Shown in pieces: positions 1 to 8,496 of a stretch of DNA of 64,000 nucleotides. Under the pieces are notes generated by a model, which was not told the origin of the DNA, did no database searches, and was given only the letters and a program-made list of their open reading frames with translations. Position 1 is the first letter of the stretch. Every line of letters starts with the position of its first letter. A program made the position numbers and the translations under genes. Where the stretch lies: the NCBI GenBank assembly GCA_029931975.1, contig JAOZQY010000003.1, positions 67,420-131,419 on the forward strand, given 5' to 3'. This stretch comes from Bacteroidales bacterium (GTDB lineage: Bacteria > Bacteroidota > Bacteroidia > Bacteroidales > GCA-2748055).

Positions 1-1382
1 GCCGATTTCAGGGCTGCCAGCTTGTTATTCACCTCCTGTAACTCACCCTCTTCGGTGGATTCGGAAACAACTCCCGCCCCAGCCTGGTAATAGAGCCTGT
101 GATCGCGGGAAAGAAAAGAGCGAATCATAATAGCGTGATTAATATCCCCGTTGAAGCGTAAAAAACCAAGGGTGCCCCCGTAGTAACCTCGTCGTTTCCG
201 CTCATAGGTATCGATCAGTTCCATTGCTTTGTATTTTGGGGCTCCTGAAAGTGTGCCGGCCGGAAAAGATTCAGCCAGTATCCTGATTGTATTGGCATCT
301 TTGGGCAGTTCTCCCGATACTTTTGATACCATATGTATCACATGAGAATAAAATTGAATCTCCCGGTACTCTTCAACTCTTACCTTTCTGGTGGTCCGGC
401 TCAGATCGTTCCTGGCCAGGTCCACCAGCATCACATGTTCAGCATTTTCTTTTTCATCTTCTGTTAGTTTCCTGGCCAGCTCCTGATCTTCCCTGTCATT
501 TCCCGTACGTCTGAACGTACCTGCAATGGGGTTGATATAGGCTTTCCCTCCTTTAACGATGATCTGTGCTTCGGGAGAGGAACCAAAAAGCTTATAGCTG
601 CCATAGTCAAAATAAAAGAGGTAGGGCGAGGGATTGATGGATCGAAGAGCCCTGTAAACATTGAACTCATCACCGGTAAAAACCTGGTAAAACTGCCTTG
701 AAAGCACAATTTGAAAGACATCTCCCCTGAAGCAATGCTCCTTGCCTTTTGCAACCATGGCCCTATAGTCGTCATCACTCAGGTTGGATGCTTCCTCTCC
801 GGAAATTTCAAATCCATAGGTGGCAATATTACGGTTATGCAGCAAAGAAGTTACCCGGTCAATTTCGCTTTCTCCACCTTTAATTATGTGCTCAAAAAGC
901 AATAACTCATTGGTAAGATGATTCACAGCCAGCACAAATCTATAGAAGTTATACCTGAGCTCGGGTATATCTTCTTTTTCCGGAATGGGCGATTGAAAAC
1001 GAATATCTTCAAAATACTGAACAGCATCGAATGTTGAGTAGCCAAAGACTCCATCCACTAAAAGCTCCATGTCTCCGGCATCAAGCTCAAAAGAGGAGAG
1101 AAAATCATTAAGACCCTTCACCACATTAACTCCCGGCCCAATTTTTTCACTAAGCGGTGTCTCACCGGGAAGGGAGACTATTATTTCATCGTGATGCACC
1201 TGGAACCCGGCAATGGGATCCATGCATATAAAGGAATATGAATTCTCCTTGGAATGATAATCTGAACTCTCAAGCAATAGAGAATTTGGATATATATCCC
1301 TGACTTTTAAATATATACTTACCGGAGTAATGATATCTGCCAGGATTTTTCGCTTTTCAACTCTTATAGCTGTTTTCTTCAT
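1..1382 (-). CDS. trpE: Anthranilate synthase component I (3' end runs off the window)
   Basis: Missing from the ORF track because it has no stop in the window. Manual translation from ATG at 1382: MKKTAIRVEKRKILADIITPVSIYLK...LLLESSDY...GDVFQIVLSRQF...INPSPYLFY...NPIAGT...EHVMLVDLARND...FPAGTLSGAPKYKAMELI...QAGAGVV, all chorismate-binding TrpE motifs. Preceded by a Trp leader. Confidence 0.95.
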   Translation of the reverse strand, partial: MKKTAIRVEKRKILADIITPVSIYLKVRDIYPNSLLLESSDYHSKENSYSFICMDPIAGFQVHHDEIIVSLPGETPLSEKIGPGVNVVKGLNDFLSSFELDAGDMELLVDGVFGYSTFDAVQYFEDIRFQSPIPEKEDIPELRYNFYRFVLAVNHLTNELLLFEHIIKGGESEIDRVTSLLHNRNIATYGFEISGEEASNLSDDDYRAMVAKGKEHCFRGDVFQIVLSRQFYQVFTGDEFNVYRALRSINPSPYLFYFDYGSYKLFGSSPEAQIIVKGGKAYINPIAGTFRRTGNDREDQELARKLTEDEKENAEHVMLVDLARNDLSRTTRKVRVEEYREIQFYSHVIHMVSKVSGELPKDANTIRILAESFPAGTLSGAPKYKAMELIDTYERKRRGYYGGTLGFLRFNGDINHAIMIRSFLSRDHRLYYQAGAGVVSESTEEGELQEVNNKLAALKS

Positions 1383-1401
1383 TGTGTTAGACTATATGAA
1401 C

Positions 1402-1434
1402 AAAAAAAAAGGCCTCCACCGAAGCGGAAGCCTT
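1402..1434 (-). terminator. trp attenuator terminator hairpin
   Basis: Minus strand AAGGCTTCCGC-TTCG-GTGGAGGCCTT running into a 9-T tract, between the leader peptide and the trpE start. Confidence 0.9.
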
Positions 1435-1459
1435 AAATATTGTATTGCACAACAGGGCT

Positions 1460-1522
1460 TTACCTATGCTCCGGTCTTTGGATACAGGATTGCCACCACC
1501 AATTTGTGCGAATATTTGTCAT
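1460..1522 (-). CDS. trpL: trp operon leader peptide (20 aa)
   Basis: ATG at 1522 gives MTNIRTNWWWQSCIQRPEHR-TAA, with three tandem TGG codons upstream of the terminator and trpE. Confidence 0.88.
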   Translation of the reverse strand: MTNIRTNWWWQSCIQRPEHR

Positions 1523-1541
1523 CTCTTGCAATTATGAAGAA

Positions 1542-1549
1542 CAAAGATA
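1542..1549 (-). promoter_or_regulatory. Bacteroidota sigma-A -7 box for the trp leader
   Basis: Minus strand TATCTTTG (TAnnTTTG consensus) about 20 nt upstream of the leader ATG. Confidence 0.6.
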
Positions 1550-1610
1550 AGAGAAAGATTTCTATTAATCCAAATTTCACTATTTTCGCCACGCATAAAT
1601 ATTCTAATCA

Positions 1611-2372
1611 ATGCTCCGGATATATCTCAGAAATATTGCTCTCTTCTTCGCTGTATGGATACTGGTTATGGTAATATATGCAGTCAGCAACAGGGTAAGT
1701 GATCTGAACTACCTGTGGAAGTTCTTCCTTCTTCCTGCTCTTTTTCTTGGTTTCCTGGCTGCACTGGCAACCTTCCTGGAACAAACAAGCCGTGTAAAGA
1801 AAGGCATCAACTGGATCTTCTTGCTCGGGGCGTTAGCAGTGGACCAGGGCATCAAGGCCTACCTTTTTTCCCTGGAATGGGAAACCCTCTCCATAGCTTT
1901 GATCGAACCGGTTTTTTATATCCAGCCCACCCATAATACATTGGGATCCTATCTATGGGTACTGCTGGGCTTAAAGCAAGGTTCCCACCTGCTGAATATT
2001 ATCCTGTTCACCCTGGTGGGCATCATCTTCATTGAGGGATGGAGATTTTATGTAAAAAGAAAAAGAAACAGTTTCTGGATCAATGGATTTATCCATCTCT
2101 TCCTTGCCGGCCTGCTGGCCAACCTGATCGATAATGCTTTCTGGGGAGGATCGCTTGATTATATCACCATCAAACCCTTCTATACCTTCGACCTGAAAGA
2201 CCTTTATATCACTCTTTGTGAACTGTTTATCCTGGCAGAATTACTGGATAACAAGCTGTTAAAACGCCTTTATAAAATGCCCGGAGAGGAGAGCAGACAA
2301 CTGAACCGTGATTTCTTCCACTTTATCCGTCAGGACCTCAGAATCGGGAAAAAGAAAAAGGATAAAGACTAA
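1611..2372 (+). CDS. Signal peptidase II (LspA)-like membrane protein with N-terminal extension
   Basis: AVDQGIK, HNTLG, ANLIDN-x4-GSLDYI and FDLKD resemble the LspA motifs DQxxK, NxG, GNxxDR and FNxAD. Several TM helices. Confidence 0.7.
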   Translation: MLRIYLRNIALFFAVWILVMVIYAVSNRVSDLNYLWKFFLLPALFLGFLAALATFLEQTSRVKKGINWIFLLGALAVDQGIKAYLFSLEWETLSIALIEPVFYIQPTHNTLGSYLWVLLGLKQGSHLLNIILFTLVGIIFIEGWRFYVKRKRNSFWINGFIHLFLAGLLANLIDNAFWGGSLDYITIKPFYTFDLKDLYITLCELFILAELLDNKLLKRLYKMPGEESRQLNRDFFHFIRQDLRIGKKKKDKD

Positions 2373-2866
2373 ATCTCTGCGCTAGTTTGCACGGGGTATC
2401 TTTCAAAAATCTTTGCCACCACAATGGGTAAGCCTGCTGCACGGTCGTCCGGATCATATTCCAGTTCTCCAACTGCAGCACAATGCCAGATTTGTTTCTG
2501 GGTCCGGTTATCGTACATATCAACAGCTATGGCACGTTCCATGTACTGGAACCTGCCTGCATATCCATAATAACCATCCGCAGCCTGGCGGTGATAGACT
2601 GTTATTTTCACTGAAATATCTGCATTTTCCTCAACAAAGCTCATCCCGCGATTCTCAATCTCCCTGGCAAAAGCAACCCTGATGCGCTCCAGTTCCATCC
2701 CTGTTATGGTTTTTTTATTCCCCTCACTGAAATCCAGAAAATTATAGGTGGTATATTGATCAAACATTGCTGAATCATCTATATCTGAATATAATTTTAC
2801 GGAGGATCCACATCCGGAAAAAAGCACCATGGAGAGGATCCAAAGGCCTGCTATTTTACTGCTCAT
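2369..2866 (-). CDS. DUF4136-like lipoprotein
   Basis: Likely start MSSKIAG at 2866. Lipobox LFSGC; 'FDQYTTYNF' and 'VDMYDNRTQKQIWHC...KIFERYP' patterns are typical of DUF4136. Confidence 0.7.
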   Translation of the reverse strand: MSSKIAGLWILSMVLFSGCGSSVKLYSDIDDSAMFDQYTTYNFLDFSEGNKKTITGMELERIRVAFAREIENRGMSFVEENADISVKITVYHRQAADGYYGYAGRFQYMERAIAVDMYDNRTQKQIWHCAAVGELEYDPDDRAAGLPIVVAKIFERYPVQTSAEI

Positions 2867-2927
2867 GATTGTTCCCTTTGATTCACCCTTAAAAAAGCAA
2901 ATATTGTGCCACAGAAGAAATGCCAGG

Positions 2928-3860
2928 TCATACGGCAAATCTTACTCCGGTTAAGGTTTCTGAAATATCCCAGAGTTCTCCTGCTGCATTGTCGGTGACC
3001 AACTTTCGATCGGGGAAATCCTCTTTGGGCCATCCATGCAGTTTCATGATTCCACCCGGACCATAGTAGGCACCCTGGATCACATCGGTGGCGCTTGCTG
3101 CATAGAGGGATGGAAGCGCACCCATGGCTGCAGACTGGGCTACCAGCCGGTTGGCCAGGTCAAAGAACGCTGCTCCCAGCCTGGCCCCCTGCATCCTTGA
3201 CCCTTTGGCCTGCAATGCTGTATTGGCATAACCGGGATGGGCTACAAGGGCCATCAGGGAAATATCTCTAGATTCAAGCCTGTTGGAAAGTTCACGTATA
3301 AATAAAAGATTTGCCAGCTTGCTCATGCCATAGGCTCCCCATTTTTTATACCCCTGCTCCCAGTGAATATCTTCCTTACGGATTTTCCCCCAGCGGTGAG
3401 CCAGGCTGCTTACCTGAACTACCCTCGACCCCTCCGTAAGGGAAATCAGGGGCCAGAGTCGCGCTGTAAGTGCAAAATGTCCCAGGTGGTTCACTCCAAA
3501 CTGCATTTCGAAACCATCTTCCGTTCTGGCATAAGGAATGGCCATCAGTCCCGCATTATTTATGAGCAGATCCAGCCTGTCAACTGATTTCGAAAACTTC
3601 TCTGCAAATTGTTGCACCGACTTCAAACTGGCCAGATCGAGTTGCCAAACTTCAGGCTTCACTTCTGCACCTTCGTTAATTATAGTTAAGCTGGCAAGCT
3701 TTCCTTTCTCCACGTTCCGGCAGGCCATAATCACTTTTGCACCCTTCAGAGCAAGTGCCTTTGCTGTATTGAATCCCAATCCACTGTTAGCCCCTGTCAC
3801 CACTGCGATTCTCCCCGTCTGTTGAGGCATCTGATCAAGCGTCCATCTCTCTTTTTTCAT
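2928..3860 (-). CDS. Short-chain dehydrogenase/reductase (retinol dehydrogenase-like)
   Basis: TGANSGLG, NNAG, GVNHLGHF and YGMSK (YxxxK) motifs. Likely start MKKERW at 3860. Confidence 0.92.
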   Translation of the reverse strand: MKKERWTLDQMPQQTGRIAVVTGANSGLGFNTAKALALKGAKVIMACRNVEKGKLASLTIINEGAEVKPEVWQLDLASLKSVQQFAEKFSKSVDRLDLLINNAGLMAIPYARTEDGFEMQFGVNHLGHFALTARLWPLISLTEGSRVVQVSSLAHRWGKIRKEDIHWEQGYKKWGAYGMSKLANLLFIRELSNRLESRDISLMALVAHPGYANTALQAKGSRMQGARLGAAFFDLANRLVAQSAAMGALPSLYAASATDVIQGAYYGPGGIMKLHGWPKEDFPDRKLVTDNAAGELWDISETLTGVRFAV

Positions 3861-3947
3861 AAATCTTTCATCTTTTGATAGGGTAAAAGACTTCGCGTGC
3901 ATCTTATGCGTAAAGCCGATATAAAGAACACTAAAAAAAATATAGAA

Positions 3948-5246
3948 ATGAAAACTTCAGCAGCAAACAGGAACATTTGGTTAATGACAGCACTGTTGTT
4001 CCTGGGAACAGGATTATTTGCTTTACCAGGCAATGAGGAGCTGGCAGATACCACTAATTACAAGTCATTTTATGGCAAAGTGATTGATTCCCAATCAAAC
4101 AAAGCACTTCCTTTTGCTACCATTGAGGCACTTGGAAGCAATACTGCAACCGTATCGAATATTGATGGAAATTTCACCATTAAGATTGAACGCAATGCGG
4201 ACATAAATCAATTAAAAATCTCTTACATCGGGTTCCAGAATCAAGTGGTTGATCTGAATAAGTTTAATGACAAGCGATCATTCACCATAGAACTTGAGCC
4301 CAGTTCCGTTCAACTGAAACAGGTCACCATTCGTCCAAAAAATGCCATGGAATTAATATCTGATATATTGGATAACATCAGTAACAATTACAGTGAAGAT
4401 CCAATGATGATGCGCGGATTTTACAGGGAGACCATCCAGAGGGGGCGAAATTATGTATCCATCTCCGAAGCCATCATTGATGTTTATAAAGGCTCCTACT
4501 CCAACGAATACCAGATGGACCAGGTGAAGTTGTTCAAAGGGCGCAAGAGTGCAGATGTGGAGAAGATGGATACAGTTCTTTTTAAGGTACAGGGCGGGCC
4601 CAATACCACCATTTTGATGGATGTGGTGAAAAATCCCTATATCCTGCTCTCCGATGAGTACCTGAATATTTATGATTTTATTATCTCAGATGTAATCACT
4701 ATCAACGACAGGCTTCACTATGTGATCTCTTTCAGTCAGAAAGAGTATGTGGATGACCCATATTACAGGGGGCGGCTCTATGTTGAGATGGACAGGCTTG
4801 CCATCACGGAAGCAGAATTTGAGCTCAACGTGGAAAACCAGGATGAAGCTGCAAGACTTTTTATTCAACGTAAACCCATGGGAATGAGCATCATTCCCGA
4901 GAGAGCTGCCTACCGGGCCAAGTATTCCATTGATGAAGACAAGTGGTACTTCAGTTATGCACGTGCCGAGGTAAAATTTAAAGTGAACTGGAAAAAGAAA
5001 CTCTTTAATACCACCTTCACAACTATGTCTGAGCTGGCCATTACAGACCGTACGTATGAAGGTATCGAGAAATTTGCTGCAAGAGAACGGTTCAAAAGTA
5101 ATGATATCATCAATGAGAAAGTCTACATTTTTTTTGACCAGGGATTCTGGGAGGGTTACAATGTAATAGAACCGGACCAGTCCATTGAGAGTGCCATCCG
5201 GAGACTGAATAAAAAATACCTCCGCAGAAATGGCAATGAATCATAA
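3948..5246 (+). CDS. Secreted carboxypeptidase-regulatory-like domain protein
   Basis: Signal peptide, then GKVID..LPFATI..TVSNIDGNF..ISYIGF (CarboxypepD_reg-like). C-terminal domain from RGFYRE to FWEGYNVIEP. Confidence 0.8.
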   Translation: MKTSAANRNIWLMTALLFLGTGLFALPGNEELADTTNYKSFYGKVIDSQSNKALPFATIEALGSNTATVSNIDGNFTIKIERNADINQLKISYIGFQNQVVDLNKFNDKRSFTIELEPSSVQLKQVTIRPKNAMELISDILDNISNNYSEDPMMMRGFYRETIQRGRNYVSISEAIIDVYKGSYSNEYQMDQVKLFKGRKSADVEKMDTVLFKVQGGPNTTILMDVVKNPYILLSDEYLNIYDFIISDVITINDRLHYVISFSQKEYVDDPYYRGRLYVEMDRLAITEAEFELNVENQDEAARLFIQRKPMGMSIIPERAAYRAKYSIDEDKWYFSYARAEVKFKVNWKKKLFNTTFTTMSELAITDRTYEGIEKFAARERFKSNDIINEKVYIFFDQGFWEGYNVIEPDQSIESAIRRLNKKYLRRNGNES

Positions 5247-5345
5247 GCATCTATTAATATAGCTCAAAGCACTGTCTGTAGGAATTGTGTAACTTTACCA
5301 TCCCTGTAGAGCTCACCGAACAGACAGTGTTTTTTACACATTAAA

Positions 5346-5894
5346 ATGGTCCTGAAAGAACAACATCAGCTCAGAAAAATAAGAAAAGGAAATATAGCAT
5401 CTTTTGAATCTCTTTTTCACAATTATTATGATGGCCTGTGCGGATATGCAGAAAGCCTGCTGGGTATGAAAGAGGTGGCTGAAGAAGTAGTTCAGGATGT
5501 TTTCTTTAATATTTGGAAAAACAGGAAAACTTTACGAATCAGATATAGTTTAAAAAGCTATATGTACCGTTCAGCGTATAACAATTCCATGATGTACCTG
5601 AGAAAAATGCGAAGGGAACATTTTATGGAAGATCTCTCCAGGCCGGAACCAAGTATGGATGATCCTGATCCTTCACAGATCATTCAACTTGATGAGGTAT
5701 CATCATTGATAACTCAAACACTGGAGGGACTTTCGGAACGAAGCAGGGAAGTCTTCAGGTTGAATCGACAGGAGGGATTGAAATACAGAGAAATTGCCCA
5801 AAAGCTAGCCATATCTGAAAAAACAGTTGAAGCTAACATGGGGAAGGCATTAAAAGCATTACGTAACAGCTTGGAAAAATATGAGCAGGAATAG
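5346..5894 (+). CDS. ECF RNA polymerase sigma-70 factor (Bacteroidota FecI-like)
   Basis: AEEVVQDVFFNIW in region 2; REVFRLNRQEGLKYREIAQKLAISEKTVE region 4 HTH. Confidence 0.93.
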   Translation: MVLKEQHQLRKIRKGNIASFESLFHNYYDGLCGYAESLLGMKEVAEEVVQDVFFNIWKNRKTLRIRYSLKSYMYRSAYNNSMMYLRKMRREHFMEDLSRPEPSMDDPDPSQIIQLDEVSSLITQTLEGLSERSREVFRLNRQEGLKYREIAQKLAISEKTVEANMGKALKALRNSLEKYEQE

Positions 5895-6873
5895 AGATAC
5901 AGAGATGGCCCGTTACCTGGCCGGAGAGATGAGCATGAAAGAAGAACTTTCCTATATGAGTGACTCCGGGAAAAGCCGGGAACAACTATCAGAACTAAAG
6001 AAAATGGAAAAGCACTGGAAATATTTTGACCAAAATCCTTCCCGGAACATCTGGAATTCCGGTGAGGCATGGAAGCATCTGCATCAAAAGCTGGCGTCGG
6101 AAGGCCTCCTTGAGGATCAGGCAACAATGCCAGAGGGAATTCGATTCAGTCCAATGCTCAAAATTGCAGCCTCCATAGCGCTGGTTCTTGCCTTTAGCAT
6201 CCCGATTCTCTTTTATGGGGTAATCCGTAACAGTAATAAAGACTCCCTTATTCATCACCTGGCCAGAGAAGGTGTATCCACCGTGAATCTTCCCGATGGC
6301 AGTCTGGTCTATCTCAACGAGGGATCGAAAATATCCTATTCGAAAGCATTTAAAAATCATCGGGCTGTTGAACTCACGGGAGAAGCTTTCTTCGAAGTAA
6401 TGACAGATCCCCGGAACCCCTTTACTGTACATTCCGGAGAGGTACTCGTTTCCGTAGTGGGTACCTCTTTCAATGTAAAGCAAGTGGAACAATCATCGGA
6501 TATGGAAGTCTATGTGCTTACTGGTAAAGTCAAAGTCTCGCTGGAAAACACTGATCAGTTTATTCAGCTGGAGCCCGAAGAGTTCGGACATGTAAAAAAC
6601 AGGAGTCTTTCCAGTTCAAATCAGGAAGATCCTAATTATATCTCCTGGAAAACAAAAGATTTTAAATTTGTGAATTCTGCGCTGACTGAGGTGCTACAGG
6701 AGTTGGAAGACTCCTATCATGTAGAAATTAATTCGAATGAACTGGACTTATCGGATATGAAAATCACCACCTCTTACAGTGGACAATCCATCGATGCCAT
6801 TTTGGAGACCATTGGTGCAGCTTTTGAAATAAATGTCAGCAGCAGAGAAAATAGCTATTTATTGACCAAATAG
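5881..6873 (+). CDS. FecR family anti-sigma factor
   Basis: Single TM; LPDGSLVYLN, GEAFFEV and VVGTSFNV FecR motifs. Overlaps the sigma gene. Confidence 0.93.
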   Translation: MSRNRDTEMARYLAGEMSMKEELSYMSDSGKSREQLSELKKMEKHWKYFDQNPSRNIWNSGEAWKHLHQKLASEGLLEDQATMPEGIRFSPMLKIAASIALVLAFSIPILFYGVIRNSNKDSLIHHLAREGVSTVNLPDGSLVYLNEGSKISYSKAFKNHRAVELTGEAFFEVMTDPRNPFTVHSGEVLVSVVGTSFNVKQVEQSSDMEVYVLTGKVKVSLENTDQFIQLEPEEFGHVKNRSLSSSNQEDPNYISWKTKDFKFVNSALTEVLQELEDSYHVEINSNELDLSDMKITTSYSGQSIDAILETIGAAFEINVSSRENSYLLTK

Positions 6874-6882
6874 AATAAACAC

Positions 6883-8427
6883 ATGAGCTTTACATCAAGA
6901 GGATATTTGTCCGGACATCTATGCCAGACACTTTTCCTTTTGCTTGTCTTCTTCATACCCCTGCACGGTCAGGAAACCCTGCCTTCAGCCCGGGTTACGA
7001 TTTCGTCCAGGAACAAGACCATTAACCAGGTGCTGGATGAAATTACACTACAAACCGGCTACCACTTCACCTTCAATGCTTCCATTATTAATGGGAAGCA
7101 AAAGGTTCAGTTCATGGTCACCGATCTGCAACTGAGACATGTTCTCGACTCCCTGCTAAGTGATCCGCAGATTGATTACAGGACCATCGAAAAAAATATA
7201 GTCCTTTATAGAAAAAATAATAGTGTCCCCACCCCCATCAACAGTACCATCGACCGGGCACTTATCCGGGGACGAGTTGTGGACAGGCGATCGGGCAAAG
7301 CGCTTTCCTATGCCACCATTGCACTGCTGGAAACCAGCCTGGGTTCCATCTCCAATCAGCAAGGCGAGTTCTCTTTCAAATTACCCATAAATCTTTCCGA
7401 TCCCATGCTGGTCATTTCCTATATGGGATATAAGAGCCTTGTATACCCCGTAACTTATCCTGTGAAAAAGGAGATTGAAATACGCCTGGAAAAGGAGCTG
7501 ATTCCCCTCCAGGAGGTCATTATCAGATATACCGATCCGGTTCAACTCCTTCACGAGGCCATCAGAAGGATTCCAGAGAACTACCTGGATGACCATTCCA
7601 CCATGACCGCATTCTACAGGGAATCTGTGAAACGAAACGATCACTGCATGCTTTACTCAGAGGCTGTATTGAATGTGGCTAAGGCACCATATGCTTCTTT
7701 GATATCCAGTGACCATGTTAGTATCCTGAAGCGAAGAAAAATCTTCGATGTAAACGCCGAAGACACGGTACTGATCAAACTGCGATCCGGCATCCCCACC
7801 TCCCTGAATCTTGATGCCATTAAAAACCGACCCGATTTTCTTGAGGATGACTTTACGGATCGGTATAACCTTGATTTCACTGATATGATGAGCTATGGCG
7901 ACAGGCTGGTTTATGTCATCAGCTTTCAACAAAAAAAAGAGATCCCTGATCTGTTGTTTAAAGGGACACTATACCTCGAACAGGAGAGCCTGGCCGTGCT
8001 CGCAGCTGATTTTGAATTCAATCCGGATATGATCCAGAAAGAGCCAGGACTCTTCCTGGTAAGTTCTTCTCCCAATATTCGCATCCGCCCGATGATGGCG
8101 AAATATCATGTGGACTACAGGGCTGTCAATAAAAAGTATTATGTGAGTCAGGTACGTGCTGTATTGGAGATGAAGATCAGGAAACGAAGAAAATGGATAA
8201 GTTCCAGGTATAAAATTTCCATTGAGATGGCCATTACGGACCTTATTCCAAACCAGCGTCTTCGTATTAATCATTCCGATCGCGTAAGTAGTAATATTGT
8301 ACTGGCCGATGAACCATTCCAGTTTGACCCGGTGTTCTGGGGAATATACAATACCATTAAACCGGAAGCATCGCTCATGGAATCAATCCAAAAGCTGGTT
8401 CACAGCAAGCAGGAAATATTTGAGTGA
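6883..8427 (+). CDS. STN + carboxypeptidase-regulatory-like domain protein
   Basis: N-terminal STN-like segment (TINQVLDEITLQTGYHFTF...LRHVLDSLL...YRTIEKNIVL), then CarboxypepD_reg-like domain. C-terminal domain is paralogous to 3948..5246. No TonB barrel. Confidence 0.8.
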   Translation: MSFTSRGYLSGHLCQTLFLLLVFFIPLHGQETLPSARVTISSRNKTINQVLDEITLQTGYHFTFNASIINGKQKVQFMVTDLQLRHVLDSLLSDPQIDYRTIEKNIVLYRKNNSVPTPINSTIDRALIRGRVVDRRSGKALSYATIALLETSLGSISNQQGEFSFKLPINLSDPMLVISYMGYKSLVYPVTYPVKKEIEIRLEKELIPLQEVIIRYTDPVQLLHEAIRRIPENYLDDHSTMTAFYRESVKRNDHCMLYSEAVLNVAKAPYASLISSDHVSILKRRKIFDVNAEDTVLIKLRSGIPTSLNLDAIKNRPDFLEDDFTDRYNLDFTDMMSYGDRLVYVISFQQKKEIPDLLFKGTLYLEQESLAVLAADFEFNPDMIQKEPGLFLVSSSPNIRIRPMMAKYHVDYRAVNKKYYVSQVRAVLEMKIRKRRKWISSRYKISIEMAITDLIPNQRLRINHSDRVSSNIVLADEPFQFDPVFWGIYNTIKPEASLMESIQKLVHSKQEIFE

Positions 8428-8496
8428 TGGAAGTAAAAGTTGTTGACTTTCTTTGCGGACTATATTAACTTTACGTTCTCATAAAAACTTCAATCC

